A stretch of 64,000 bases of DNA from an uncultured Acidobacteriaceae bacterium (GTDB lineage Bacteria; Acidobacteriota; Terriglobia; Acidiferrales; UBA7541): NCBI GenBank assembly GCA_963773835.1, contig CAVZCQ010000006.1, positions 46,061 through 110,060 on the forward strand. The letters are read 5' to 3'. Numbering within the stretch: the stretch's first letter is position 1; each line of letters starts with the position of its first letter. The notes under the pieces are model-generated. The model was not told the DNA's origin and searched no databases. It worked only from the letters and a program-made list of their open reading frames with translations. Positions 54,360-64,000 of the stretch are shown here, one piece after another. Made by a program: the position numbers and the translations under genes.

Positions 54360-55180
54360 GGCCGCCTTCCCTTCCCTTGAAAATGCCCTTCCACCGCCTT
54401 ACGCAGCTTCGAGCGCCCGCGGTGCAGCAGCACCCGCTGATTCGCCTCCGTGAGGCCCAGCGCCTCGCATACCTCTTCCGAAGTCCACTCCTGAGCGTCC
54501 CGCAGCATCACCACGCTTCGTTGCACGGGCGGAAGCTGCTCCATGGCGCCGCTCAGGAACTCCAGCGTCTCGTTCGAGCTGACCCACTGTTCCGGATCGT
54601 CGCCCCAGCGCTGGAGCGGCACGGTCCAGTGCCCGGGATACTCGCCTGCCGCGTCCTGGAAACGATCCGCAGCCACCGCCGGGTCAGCCCGGCCGGCCTC
54701 GTCATCGGCCAGCGCGGAAAATGCCACGGTTCGCCCTTCCCGTTCGCCCCGAGTGCGCGCACGGTTCATCAGAATGCGCACAATCCAGGTCTTCAGCGAC
54801 GCGCGCCCTTCAAACCGGTCTATCCCCTGGAACACGCCCAACCACGTCTCCTGCACCACCTCCTCCGCCACGGCGTCGCTGCGCACATAGACCCGCGCCA
54901 CCCGCTTCAGCACAGCCTGGTGCCGCTGCACCAGTTCAACGTAAGCCGCTTCGTCCTTCCGCCGCAGCCCTTCCAGCAGCGCGAGTTCGTCCCCTGTAGG
55001 GCCGCCCTTTAGGGTGGCCTCCGCGCCCCTCGAAGCGGACTCTGGCGGCGCCGAGCCACGACCGCCTGACTGGCCCGCGTTCACCCCCGAACCTCGCCCG
55101 CTCCAATCATTTAGTCTCCCCAGCCCTCCAACTGTTTCAGCCGCAATCGCGCCCGGCCCGCGGAGCCCGCAGAGAACCAT
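54356..55180 (-). CDS. ECF-family sigma-70 factor (start uncertain; long Gly/Ser/Arg-rich N-terminal extension in the longest ORF)
   Basis: Region 2 is DELALLEGLRRKDEAAYVELVQRHQAVLKRVARVYVRSDAVAEEVVQETWLGVFQGIDRFEGRASLKTWIVRILMNRARTR. Region 4 is LPPVQRSVVMLRDAQEWTSEEVCEALGLTEANQRVLLHRGRSKLRKAV. The only in-frame canonical starts are ATG 55180 and one GTG about 32 codons downstream. Confidence 0.8.
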   Translation of the reverse strand: MVLCGLRGPGAIAAETVGGLGRLNDWSGRGSGVNAGQSGGRGSAPPESASRGAEATLKGGPTGDELALLEGLRRKDEAAYVELVQRHQAVLKRVARVYVRSDAVAEEVVQETWLGVFQGIDRFEGRASLKTWIVRILMNRARTRGEREGRTVAFSALADDEAGRADPAVAADRFQDAAGEYPGHWTVPLQRWGDDPEQWVSSNETLEFLSGAMEQLPPVQRSVVMLRDAQEWTSEEVCEALGLTEANQRVLLHRGRSKLRKAVEGHFQGKGRRP

Positions 55181-55481
55181 GAGCCTACCGGAGACCCAAT
55201 CCTGCTTCCATTAAGGACGACGCATGGGGCACCTTAGAGCCTGCCGCCGCCCGTTAGTTGCGGAAGTGGTATCCTCTCATCGGTCCGCGCCGGTAGGCAG
55301 AGAAAAAACACAACATCCGGGCCACCCGTCCTGTCCGCCGATCCTAATCTCGGGCCACTGGCTTTCTGGCGTGTACCCACGGGCCTTCCCCCTGTACAAT
55401 GGCGCGTCGCGGGGGGAGGGATAGCCCCCAGACCGCCCAAGCGGTCCAACCTCTTTCCCATTGCAGAGGACAAATCAACCG

Positions 55482-58142
55482 ATGCCCAGCAACGCTCCAC
55501 TCATCCCGGAAGAAGAACGGCTGGAAAGCGCGCGCGACCATAAGTCGCACTGGAAACGCTGGGGGCCATATCTCTCCGAGCGGCAATGGGGCACGGTGCG
55601 CGAAGATTACAGCCCGGGCGGTACCGCCTGGGACTACTTTCCCCACGACCATGCCCGCTCCCGCGCCTACCGCTGGGGTGAGGATGGCATTGGCGGCATC
55701 TGCGACCGCCACGGGCTGATCTGCTTCGCACTGGCGCTGTGGAACGGCCGCGATCCCATCCTGAAGGAGCGCCTCTTCGGCCTCACCGGGAGCGAGGGAA
55801 ATCACAGCGAAGACGTCAAAGAATATTATTTCTACCTCGACTGCACGCCCACCCACTCCTACATGAAGATGCTGTACAAATACCCGCATCGCGAGTTCCC
55901 CTACAAATGGCTGGTGGAGGAAAATCGCCGGCGGTCCCGCCAAGACCCGGAATTCGAACTGGTGGACACCGGCGTGTTCAACGAGGACCGCTGCTTCGAC
56001 GTGATTGTCGAGTACGCCAAAGCCACTTCGGAAGACATCCTGGTGCGCATCACGGTGGAAAACCGCGGCCCGGAACCGGCCGAGCTGGACCTGCTCCCCA
56101 CCCTCTGGCTGCGAAACACCTGGACGTGGAACGACCTCCCGAAAACTTCCGGTATTTCCCTGGTCGAAAAGAGAGAAGGCGCCGAGGTTCTCGGGGTCCA
56201 CGACGACTATTACGGGCGACGTTGGCTGTACTGCGAGGGCGAGCCCACGCTCCTGTTCACCGAAAACGAAACGAACAACGAGCGCGTCTGGGGAGTGCCC
56301 AATCACTCGCCTTATGTGAAGGACGCCTTCCACAACTACATCATCCACGGCCGCAAGGACGCGGTGAACCCGGCCCTGACGGGCACCAAGGCCGCCGCGC
56401 ACTATCACCTCACCGTGCCGCCGGGTGGATTTGAGATGGTCCGCCTGCGGTTTACCGACCAGCCGGACGCCAGCCCCATTTTTGGCCCCTGGTTCGAGGA
56501 GATGTTTGTCCGCCGCGTGGACGAGGCCGACGACTTCTTCCACAAACGCACCGGGAAAAGCCAAATGGACGACGTCTGCGAGGTCCAGCGGCAGGCCTTT
56601 GCCGGAATGCTGTGGTCGAAACAGTTCTACGGCTACGACGTGCGCACCTGGCTCGAGGGCGATACCGCGGTTCCCCCGCCGCCGCCGGAACGCAAACGCG
56701 GGCGCAACCGCACCTGGTCGCACCTCTACAACGCAGACGTCATTTCCATGCCCGACAAGTGGGAATACCCCTGGTATGCGGCCTGGGACCTCGCCTTCCA
56801 CTGCATCCCGCTCGCGCAGATCGATCCCGACTATGCCAAGGAAATGCTGATTCTCCTTCTGCGCGAATGGTACATGCACCCCAACGGCCAGTTGCCGGCC
56901 TACGAATGGGCCTTCAGCGACGTGAACCCGCCCGTGCATGCCTGGGCCGCCATGCGCGTCTACAAGATCGAAAAGCGCATCCGGGGCGTCGCCGACTACG
57001 AGTTTCTCGAACGCGTCTTCCACAAACTCATGCTGAATTTCACCTGGTGGGTCAACCGCAAAGACCCCGACGGCATGAACGTATTCGAAGGCGGCTTCCT
57101 GGGGCTGGACAACATCGGTGTGTTCGACCGCTCCGCCCCGCTGCCCACCGGCGGCCACATCGAACAATCCGACGGCACCAGTTGGATGGGCATGTACTGC
57201 CTGAACATGCTGAATATCGCCTCGGAGCTTGCCCTGCGCGATCCCGCCTATGAGGACGTCGCCAGCAAATTCTTCGAGCATTTCATCTATATCGCGCATG
57301 CCATGCACGACATGGGCAGCGAGGGCCTGGCTCTGTGGGACGATGAGGACGGCTTTTATTACGATGTCCTGCATCTCCCCGATGGCCGCCACCACCCCCT
57401 GAAAGTCCGCTCCATGGTGGGGCTCACGCCGCTGTTCGCCGTGCTGACCATCGAACCGCAAATCCTGGAAAAATTCCCCGGGTTCAAGCGCCGAATGCAG
57501 TGGTTCCTGGACAATCACCCGGACGTGCCGGACCACATTGAAGCCACGCGTTCTTCCAAGCACGGCGTGCGGCGCCTGCTCTCCCTGGTCAATCGCGGCC
57601 GCCTGGAGCGCATGGCGCGCTACCTGCTGGACGAGAGCGAGTTTCTATCCCCCTACGGCGTTCGCGCTCTTTCCCGCTTCCACCACGACCACCCCTATGA
57701 GCTCACCGTGAACAACTCGATCCACCGCGTGCGCTACGAGCCCGCGGAATCCTCCACCGGTCTTTTCGGCGGCAACTCGAATTGGCGCGGGCCCATCTGG
57801 TTTCCCGTCAACTACCTGCTGATCGAATCCCTGCAGAAATTCCACCACTATTTTGGAGACGATCTGAAGGTGGAATGCCCCGTTGGCTCCGGGCGCATGA
57901 TGAATCTGTGGGACGTAGCCACCGAGCTTTCCCGGCGGCTCATCCGCATTTTCCTCCGCGACTCCAATGGCCAGCGCGCCGTTTTCGGGAGCAGCGAGCT
58001 GTTCAACCAAAATCACTCCTGGCAGCACCTGATTCCCTTCTACGAGTACTTCCACGGAGACACCGGTGCGGGCCTCGGCGCCAGCCACCAGACGGGCTGG
58101 ACCGGGCTGGTGGCCAAACTCATTGAACAGAGCGGCGAGTAA
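55482..58142 (+). CDS. GH63-like / MGH1-like glycoside hydrolase (glucosidase), 886 aa
   Basis: ATG 55482 has RBS gagga upstream; the track start is TTG 55461. [53 protein letters not shown]...[37 protein letters not shown] is the conserved N-terminus of this family as I remember it. Confidence 0.7.
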   Translation: MPSNAPLIPEEERLESARDHKSHWKRWGPYLSERQWGTVREDYSPGGTAWDYFPHDHARSRAYRWGEDGIGGICDRHGLICFALALWNGRDPILKERLFGLTGSEGNHSEDVKEYYFYLDCTPTHSYMKMLYKYPHREFPYKWLVEENRRRSRQDPEFELVDTGVFNEDRCFDVIVEYAKATSEDILVRITVENRGPEPAELDLLPTLWLRNTWTWNDLPKTSGISLVEKREGAEVLGVHDDYYGRRWLYCEGEPTLLFTENETNNERVWGVPNHSPYVKDAFHNYIIHGRKDAVNPALTGTKAAAHYHLTVPPGGFEMVRLRFTDQPDASPIFGPWFEEMFVRRVDEADDFFHKRTGKSQMDDVCEVQRQAFAGMLWSKQFYGYDVRTWLEGDTAVPPPPPERKRGRNRTWSHLYNADVISMPDKWEYPWYAAWDLAFHCIPLAQIDPDYAKEMLILLLREWYMHPNGQLPAYEWAFSDVNPPVHAWAAMRVYKIEKRIRGVADYEFLERVFHKLMLNFTWWVNRKDPDGMNVFEGGFLGLDNIGVFDRSAPLPTGGHIEQSDGTSWMGMYCLNMLNIASELALRDPAYEDVASKFFEHFIYIAHAMHDMGSEGLALWDDEDGFYYDVLHLPDGRHHPLKVRSMVGLTPLFAVLTIEPQILEKFPGFKRRMQWFLDNHPDVPDHIEATRSSKHGVRRLLSLVNRGRLERMARYLLDESEFLSPYGVRALSRFHHDHPYELTVNNSIHRVRYEPAESSTGLFGGNSNWRGPIWFPVNYLLIESLQKFHHYFGDDLKVECPVGSGRMMNLWDVATELSRRLIRIFLRDSNGQRAVFGSSELFNQNHSWQHLIPFYEYFHGDTGAGLGASHQTGWTGLVAKLIEQSGE

Positions 58143-58147
58143 GCGAT

Positions 58148-60199
58148 ATGCGCTCCGCAGGTGAGTTCCTTCCTCCGCTGCCCTCGGCGGCGGACTTCGG
58201 CCGCGAGGTGTGTGGCGACCCCGCAGCGGCGGAAGCGCGGGAGTGGCTGGTGACCAACGGCCTGGGCGGATTCGCCTGCGGAACGCTCGCCGGCAACGTT
58301 ACCCGGCGCTATCACGGACTGCTGATGGCTGCGCTGCATCCCCCCGTGGGCCGCACTCTGCTGGTCTCCAATCTGGACGGCACCGCCGAGTACGACGGCC
58401 AGCACTACCCGCTGACCACGCAGCGGTGGTGGAACGCGGGACACCCATCGCTGGTGCCCGAAGGCGGCCACCGGCACATCGAACGCTTCCGGCTCGAGGG
58501 CTCGACACCGGTGTGGACCTACGCGCTGGCCGATGCCCAGCTCGAAAAGCGCGTGTGGATGCGCCAGAGCGAAAACACCACCTATGTCGCGTTCACCTTC
58601 GTTCGCGGCAGCGGGCCGCTGCGGCTGGCGCTCAAGGCCCTGGTGAATTACCGCGACTATCACGCCGCCACCCACGCCGGCGACTGGTGGATGAACGTGG
58701 AGACGGTGCCGAATGGTCTGCGCGTCACCGCCTTTGACGGCGCGGTTCCCTTCTATCTGCTGAGCGCTGGGGCCGCGGCCGAGACCGCGCACGACTGGTA
58801 CCACGACTTCGACCTTCCCGCCGAGCGCGAACGCGGCCTCGAAGACCATGAGGACCACCTGCATGCGGGAACCTTTCGCGCCACGCTCGTCGCGGGCGAT
58901 TCCATCGCCATCGTGCTGTCCACGCGCCCCGATCCCGAGATGGACCACGCGCGCGCGTCAGCCGAACGGCTGGACGCCCAACGCACGCTGCTCTCCCAGT
59001 GGCGCGCCGCGGATACAAGCCTGGCGGACGAAGCCCCGGAATGGATCCGGCAACTCGTGCTGGCCGCGGACCAGTTCATCGCGCAGCGTCCCCTCACCGG
59101 CGATCCCGGCGCAAAAACCGTGATTGCGGGTTACCCCTGGTTCTGCGACTGGGGGCGCGACACCATGATTTCGCTGCCCGGCCTGACGCTTTCCACCGGC
59201 CGGCCGGAAATCGCGCGCAATGTCCTGCACACGTATGCGCGCTTTGTGGATGGCGGCATGCTTCCCAACTGCTTCACCGATGCGGGCACGGCGCCAGAAT
59301 ACAACACCGTGGATGCGGCGCTGTGGTTCTTCGAGGCGGCGCGGCAGTACTACGCCGCCGCAGCCGACAATGAATTCCTGGCTCATCTATTTCCCGTCCT
59401 GGAAGGCATTCTGGAGCATCACCAGCGCGGTACGCGGCACAACATCCACGTGGACGATACCGATGGCCTGCTGTATGCCGGCGCGCCCGGCGTGCAGCTT
59501 ACCTGGATGGACGCGCGCGTGGGCGACCGCGTGATCACCCCGCGCATGGGAAAGCCCGTCGAGATCAATGCCCTCTGGTACAACGCTCTGCTCACCATGG
59601 CGAGATTCGCCAAAAAGCTCAACAAACCAGCGGATCCATACACCGAAATGGCCGCACGTGTGCGCGCGAGTTTCCCGCGGTTCTGGAACGCCACGCAAAG
59701 CTGCTGCTTCGACGTGCTCGACGGGCCGGCCGGAAACGAAGCCGCCATTCGGCCCAATCAGATTTTTGCCGTGTCGTTGCCGGAGAGCCCGCTCCCGGCG
59801 CAACAGCAGGCGGCCGTGGTGGAAACGTGCGCGCGGCTCCTGCTCACTTCCTTCGGCCTGCGCAGCCTGGGGCCGTACGATTCGGCATATGCCGGACGGT
59901 ACGAGGGTGGGCCGGCCGCGCGCGACTCCGTGTATCACCAGGGAACGGTGTGGGGCTGGCTGCTGGGTCCATTCGCTCTGGCCTGGATGCGGGTGCATGA
60001 CGATCCGGCCGGAGCGCTCGCCCTGCTCGAACCCATGGCGCATCACCTCCAAGCCGGCTGCGTCGGCTCGGTGAACGAAATTTTCGACGGAGATCCGCCG
60101 TTCACCCCGCGCGGCTGCTTCGCCCAGGCCTGGAGCGTAGCGGAAGTGCTGCGCGCCTGGACGGAAATTTCCCGGGCTTTGCGCGCGCACCCCTCCTGA
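58148..60199 (+). CDS. Amylo-alpha-1,6-glucosidase / glycogen-debranching-enzyme family protein (GDE_N + GDE_C), 683 aa
   Basis: EWLVTNGLGGFACGTLAGNVTRRYHGLL is the N-terminal domain. IAGYPWFCDWGRDTMISLPGLTLSTGRPEIARNVL...EYNTVDAALWFFEA...FAVSL...SLGP...YHQGTVWGWLLGPF is the (alpha/alpha)6 catalytic domain. Confidence 0.8.
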   Translation: MRSAGEFLPPLPSAADFGREVCGDPAAAEAREWLVTNGLGGFACGTLAGNVTRRYHGLLMAALHPPVGRTLLVSNLDGTAEYDGQHYPLTTQRWWNAGHPSLVPEGGHRHIERFRLEGSTPVWTYALADAQLEKRVWMRQSENTTYVAFTFVRGSGPLRLALKALVNYRDYHAATHAGDWWMNVETVPNGLRVTAFDGAVPFYLLSAGAAAETAHDWYHDFDLPAERERGLEDHEDHLHAGTFRATLVAGDSIAIVLSTRPDPEMDHARASAERLDAQRTLLSQWRAADTSLADEAPEWIRQLVLAADQFIAQRPLTGDPGAKTVIAGYPWFCDWGRDTMISLPGLTLSTGRPEIARNVLHTYARFVDGGMLPNCFTDAGTAPEYNTVDAALWFFEAARQYYAAAADNEFLAHLFPVLEGILEHHQRGTRHNIHVDDTDGLLYAGAPGVQLTWMDARVGDRVITPRMGKPVEINALWYNALLTMARFAKKLNKPADPYTEMAARVRASFPRFWNATQSCCFDVLDGPAGNEAAIRPNQIFAVSLPESPLPAQQQAAVVETCARLLLTSFGLRSLGPYDSAYAGRYEGGPAARDSVYHQGTVWGWLLGPFALAWMRVHDDPAGALALLEPMAHHLQAGCVGSVNEIFDGDPPFTPRGCFAQAWSVAEVLRAWTEISRALRAHPS

Positions 60200-60218
60200 T
60201 AGGGACGGAAGGGCGAGA

Positions 60219-63200
60219 TTACACGGCACGCTGGCGAGGCTCGGTGAGCGAGTAGAAAACTGGGACCATCAGCAGCGTGATAAACGTGGAGAGCGAAAGC
60301 CCGCCAATCACAGCCAGCGCCAGCGGCTTCTGCAACTCCGCTCCCGATCCGATGCCCAGCGCCAGCGGCAGGAGGCCGAACAGGGTGCACAGCGTGGTCA
60401 TCAGGATGGGCCGCAGGCGGATGGTTCCCGCTTTAACCAGGGCCTCTTCGAGCGCCAGCCCGCCCTCTTCATGCAACTGGAGGACGTACTGCATCAGGAT
60501 GATGCCGTTTTTCACAACCAGCCCGACCATCAGGATAATGCCCATGTAGGACGAGACGTTCAGTGCAGTCCGTGTGGCCCACAGCAGCAGGAACACACCG
60601 AGCAGCGAGAGCGGAGCGGCGGAAAGGATGAGAAACGCGGGCCGGAAGCGCCGGAACTGAACCACCAGCACAGTAAAGACCGCGGCGATGGCCAGCGCCA
60701 GCACGCCGAGCAAACTGTGGAACGCGGTCTGCTGGCTTTCGTACTGGCCGCCGAGTTCCCAGGTGACGCCAACAGGGAAATGTGTGGATTGCAAAACCTT
60801 GCGGACGTCGCCGACCACGCTGCCAAGGTCGCGGTTTTCCAGGCGCGCGGTGAGAGCAACCATCAATCGCTGGTTTTCGCGCAACAACTGGCTCTGGCTT
60901 TGCGCCATCTCGACAGTTGCGAGCGCGGTGAGCGGCACGATCTGGCGGGCCGGGGTAACGATGGGAAATTGCTCGATGTGGGTTTGGTTGTAACGGAATG
61001 CATCGGGGAAACGGACGCGGACATCCACGGTGCGGTCGCTCTGCCGATAGGGGGTTGCCACGGCCCCGAGCAGTCCCGCCTGCGCCTGCTGGGAGACCTG
61101 CTCAACGGTCATTCCGAGCCGTCCTGCGGCCACCGGATCCACGTGAATCACGATTTCCGGGTTGCCTTTCTGGATGCCTTTGTAATCCACGAGGCCGGGG
61201 ATTTTCACGAGCCGGGGCTCGAGTTCGTTCGCCACGCGTTCGAGATCGCCGGGACTGTTGCCGAACAGTTTGACTTCCACCGGCTCCGGCGAACCTTCCA
61301 GGTCGCCCAGCATATCCTGCAGAATCTGGACGAATTCCACGTCGATTCCCGGGATACTGGCTTTGATCTGGCGGCGCAGTCCGCTGATGATGTCGTCGAT
61401 GGCCGGGCGCGAGCTGCGCGGCTTCAATTTGACCAGGATGTCGCCTTTGTTCTGCTGGGTGGCGTAGAGGCCCATTTCGGCGCCGGTGCGGCGGGAGAAC
61501 GCGGCGACGCCGGCCGTCTTCGCCACCATCGCCTCGATCTCGCGCACCAGCCGGTCCGTTTCGGAGAGCGAGGTGCCGGGCGCTGTGAGGTAGTCGATGA
61601 CGAAGCCGCCTTCATCCATTTCCGGCAGGAATCCATTCTCCAGCCTCGTATAAAGGAATACACAGGCCACAAGCACTCCCGCCGCCACTCCTGCCAGCAG
61701 CCAGCCGCGTGCCAGGGACCAGCGCAGCGCGCGCTCGTACACCCGGTTCAGCGGCGCGATGAAGGAGGCCGATTCGTGGCGGTAACTCTTCGCCGAGAGG
61801 AACCGCTCGGAAAGCAGCGGAATCAGCGTAACCGCAAAGACGAGCGAGAGCAGGACCGAGCTGATGAGGGTGAGGCTGAGGGCAGAGAAAAAATCTCCGA
61901 CCACTCCGGTGAGCAATCCGAGCGGGAGGAAGACGACCACGGTGGTCAGCGTAGAGCCGAGCACAGGACCGAACAATTCCTGGGTGCCGAGCTCCGCGGC
62001 ACTCGCAGGCATCCCGCCCAGACCCAGGTGGCGGTAAATATTTTCCAGGATGACCACGGCGTCGTCGATGATCAGTCCGATGGAGATGGCCAGACCGCCG
62101 AGAGACATCAGATTGAGCGTGCCGCCAAACAGGTACACGAAGAAGAAGGTGCTGACCACAGTCACCGGCAGAGAGATGGAGGCCACCAGTGTGGTTTTCA
62201 CCTCGCGCAGGAATACGAAGAGGATCAGCACGGCCAGCAGCGCCCCGATCAGAATGGCATCGCGAACGCTGCCCATCGCCTCTTCGACGAACGCCGCGAG
62301 GTCGTAAACGATGCTCAGGCGCAGCGTGGAGGGAATCGCCGATCCAGGGTTGATGGCCATCTGGCGCACCTGGCTGGCAATATCCAGGATGTTGCCGCCG
62401 ATCTGCCGGGCGATGTTGATGAGCGCGGCGGGACGCCCGTTTCCGGTGACGAGGATGCGCCGGTCCAGCGTCCCTTCGCGCACCTCGGCGAGATCGCGGA
62501 GACGCACGGGCACGCCGTTCTCCACGGCGACCACCGTGTCACGGATCTGGTCCAGGCTGGTGAACAGCCCGGAAGTCACCACCAGGTACTGCGAGTAGTC
62601 TTTGTCCAGCCGCCCCACGGCAGTTACGGCATTGGTGGCGCGCAGGCGTTCGGCAATGTCGGTGAGGGCTAGTCGGTGAGCCAGCGCACGCTGTGGATCA
62701 ACGATCACGGAGATTTCGCGCGTGTCGGTGGTCTGCACCTCGACGCGGCTGACGCCGGGAACGCGCGTGAACATCGGACGCAGGTTGTAGTAGGCGTAGT
62801 CCCGCAGATCCGCTCCGGGGGCGTTGCCGGAAAGGATCAGGCTGAGAATAGGAAAAACAGCGGGCGTGACCCGCTCGACCTGGATCTCCGTCTCCGGAGG
62901 CATCCCGCTGCGAACTTCGCTGACGCGCGCCTGGACGAGTTGCAGGGCGTATTGCATGTCCATCTGCGGGCTGAAGAGGACGGAGATCTCACTGGCCCCG
63001 CGAATGGTGGAGGAACGCACGCGGCGCACGCCAAGCACCGTGCTGACGGATTCCTCGATGGGCCGCGTGACGCCGAGCAGCACGTTTTCCTGCGGGTCGT
63101 CTCCTGCATGCACCAGGATCAGGATGCGTGGGAAGGTCAGCTCGGGATAAATGTTGCTGGGCAGGAAGAACATCGCCACGGCGCCGGCGACCACCAGAAA

Positions 63201-63257
63201 GGCGCTCAAAAGCCAGACGGCGCGGCTGTTTTCTCGTACGAAGCGGACGATATTCAT
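60219..63257 (-). CDS. RND efflux transporter permease subunit (AcrB/CzcA superfamily), 1012 aa
   Basis: MNIVRFVRENSRAVWLLSAFLVVAGAVAMFFLPSNIYPELTFPRILILV... A 12-TM, two-large-loop layout with motifs GLIIDDAVVILENIYRH and GIILMVGLVVKNGIILM. Confidence 0.9.
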   Translation of the reverse strand: MNIVRFVRENSRAVWLLSAFLVVAGAVAMFFLPSNIYPELTFPRILILVHAGDDPQENVLLGVTRPIEESVSTVLGVRRVRSSTIRGASEISVLFSPQMDMQYALQLVQARVSEVRSGMPPETEIQVERVTPAVFPILSLILSGNAPGADLRDYAYYNLRPMFTRVPGVSRVEVQTTDTREISVIVDPQRALAHRLALTDIAERLRATNAVTAVGRLDKDYSQYLVVTSGLFTSLDQIRDTVVAVENGVPVRLRDLAEVREGTLDRRILVTGNGRPAALINIARQIGGNILDIASQVRQMAINPGSAIPSTLRLSIVYDLAAFVEEAMGSVRDAILIGALLAVLILFVFLREVKTTLVASISLPVTVVSTFFFVYLFGGTLNLMSLGGLAISIGLIIDDAVVILENIYRHLGLGGMPASAAELGTQELFGPVLGSTLTTVVVFLPLGLLTGVVGDFFSALSLTLISSVLLSLVFAVTLIPLLSERFLSAKSYRHESASFIAPLNRVYERALRWSLARGWLLAGVAAGVLVACVFLYTRLENGFLPEMDEGGFVIDYLTAPGTSLSETDRLVREIEAMVAKTAGVAAFSRRTGAEMGLYATQQNKGDILVKLKPRSSRPAIDDIISGLRRQIKASIPGIDVEFVQILQDMLGDLEGSPEPVEVKLFGNSPGDLERVANELEPRLVKIPGLVDYKGIQKGNPEIVIHVDPVAAGRLGMTVEQVSQQAQAGLLGAVATPYRQSDRTVDVRVRFPDAFRYNQTHIEQFPIVTPARQIVPLTALATVEMAQSQSQLLRENQRLMVALTARLENRDLGSVVGDVRKVLQSTHFPVGVTWELGGQYESQQTAFHSLLGVLALAIAAVFTVLVVQFRRFRPAFLILSAAPLSLLGVFLLLWATRTALNVSSYMGIILMVGLVVKNGIILMQYVLQLHEEGGLALEEALVKAGTIRLRPILMTTLCTLFGLLPLALGIGSGAELQKPLALAVIGGLSLSTFITLLMVPVFYSLTEPRQRAV

Positions 63258-64000
63258 GGACCAGTTTTGATTTTGATGTGCGCGCCATCAGGCAGTCCGT
63301 AGCCCCCGGCGTGGACGACGATGTCACCCGGTTGGACGGCGCCCATCACTTCCACCCGGTCTCCCTCCTGGATGCCGCGCGTGACCGGGACGGCCGACAC
63401 GGTATCGCCCTTCACCTTGTAAACCAGCGTGTTGCCTTCTTCGTTCCGGTAAACTGCGTTCTGCGGGACCACCAGCGCATTCTCATGCGTTTCGACAGGT
63501 AATTCGACGGTGAGATACATTCCATAGCGCAGGCGCGCGCCGGGATTCGGCAGCTCGATGCGCACCAGTCCCATGTTAGTGGCGGCATCCACAGCGGGCG
63601 AAACGGCCACCACCCGCCCTTCCCATTTGGCCCCGGGGATGGCGCCGCTGGTGACTTCCATTTTCTGGCCCACCCGGATACGGCCCAGGTACTCAGCGGG
63701 AACGTTTCCGAACAGCTCGACGGAGGAAAGGTTGGCCACCTGAAAAATGGGCTGGGCGGCGGTCCCGTCCACGGCCTCACCGGCGCTCTGCAGGCGTTTC
63801 ACGACTGTGCCGGCGAGCGGAGAGCGGACCTCTGTGCGGGCGAGTTGCAGCCGCGCCAGCGCCACCGCGGCTTCCGCCTGGCGCACGGCGGCTTCGCCCA
63901 CCTTTTCCTGCGTGCGCGCGTCTTCCAAATCTTTGCGCGCAGAGATGCCGCGGTCGAAGAGGGTTTCTTCCCGCTGGCGCGCCAGGCGCGCATTGGCGAG
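63254..64000 (-). CDS. RND efflux periplasmic adaptor (membrane-fusion protein, HlyD family); 5' end runs off the right window edge
   Basis: The frame is open to position 64000 (...LANARLARQREETLFDRGISARKDLEDARTQEKVGEA...). The track start at 63928 is an internal TTG. The beta-barrel/MPD region reads LTVELPVETHENALVVPQNAVYRNEEGNTLVYKVKGDTVSAVPVTRGIQEGDRVEV. The stop overlaps the permease start. Confidence 0.85.
   Translation of the reverse strand, partial: LANARLARQREETLFDRGISARKDLEDARTQEKVGEAAVRQAEAAVALARLQLARTEVRSPLAGTVVKRLQSAGEAVDGTAAQPIFQVANLSSVELFGNVPAEYLGRIRVGQKMEVTSGAIPGAKWEGRVVAVSPAVDAATNMGLVRIELPNPGARLRYGMYLTVELPVETHENALVVPQNAVYRNEEGNTLVYKVKGDTVSAVPVTRGIQEGDRVEVMGAVQPGDIVVHAGGYGLPDGAHIKIKTGP

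Noticed and set aside
55020-55180. Possible ECF-type promoter (GTGAAC-N17-TCGT on the minus strand) inside the N-terminal extension of the second ECF sigma ORF
   Set aside because: It overlaps the only alternative GTG start. It would also leave no canonical start codon upstream of the conserved region 2.1 residues, so it is not self-consistent.
55344-57563. 739-aa minus-strand ORF
   Set aside because: Antisense to the GH63-like glucosidase gene. No motifs are present, and it is a typical high-GC shadow ORF.
60471-62672. 733-aa plus-strand ORF
   Set aside because: Antisense to the RND permease gene, which has an unmistakable 12-TM AcrB/CzcA pattern.
1-64000. Search for tRNA/rRNA genes, CRISPR arrays, transposases/integrases, prophage or toxin-antitoxin modules
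   Set aside because: None recognised. The lower-GC pockets (about 2.5-2.8 kb, 21.6-21.9 kb, 44.9-45.2 kb and 53.9-54.1 kb) are promoter/leader regions or the small ORF, not mobile-element scars. There are no flanking direct repeats apart from the REP-like hairpins.

Overview
High-GC (roughly 63-65% by eye) bacterial chromosomal segment. The gene content looks like Acidobacteriota: an ADOP-type duplicated orphan permease, a very long TonB-dependent receptor with a carboxypeptidase-regulatory-like N-terminus, several ECF sigma/anti-sigma pairs and giant Ig-like-repeat surface proteins. I support about 33 protein-coding genes. I saw no rRNA, tRNA, CRISPR array, transposase or integrase. Left third (1-21.6 kb): a flippase-like membrane protein, a VOC protein and a five-gene ECF-sigma / ZAS anti-sigma / LiaF-like envelope-stress operon. 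These are followed by class II aroA (apparently frameshifted), an S55 (SpoIVB-like) peptidase with a beta-propeller protein, a PLP-dependent dehydratase, an NTF2-like protein, an M16 peptidase, an ADOP permease and an orphan OmpR-type regulator. Centre (21.9-49.3 kb) is the most interesting part, a cell-surface island. It begins with fliA-flgM, with a textbook sigma-28 promoter in front of flgM. Next comes an 11.9-kb gene (BNR/Asp-box propeller plus about 30 IPT/TIG domains, with two ~1.9-kb near-identical super-repeats) and a 3.5-kb paralogue lacking the array. Then follow a convergent ~5.6-kb lipoprotein adhesin (split by a 1-nt frameshift) and a 1345-aa TonB-dependent receptor. Both BNR paralogues end in an unusual conserved C-terminal module: an Ig-like domain interrupted by a transmembrane hairpin whose second helix reads like an internal lipoprotein signal peptide. 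Right third (49.5-64 kb): a 1.4-k-aa Hanks-type Ser/Thr kinase with an extracytoplasmic TonB_C-like domain lies tail-to-tail with the receptor and downstream of an ECF sigma / RsrA-like small ZAS anti-sigma pair. After it come a GH63-like glucosidase, a glycogen-debranching-type enzyme and an RND efflux pair that runs off the window. Intergenic regions carry a REP-like hairpin family ending in GCCCCTAC and a tandem 108-nt structured repeat. Three gene-level anomalies (aroA frameshift, adhesin frameshift, kinase lacking a canonical start codon) could be biology or assembly indel/substitution errors. All domain calls are from reading the translations by eye; no searches were run.
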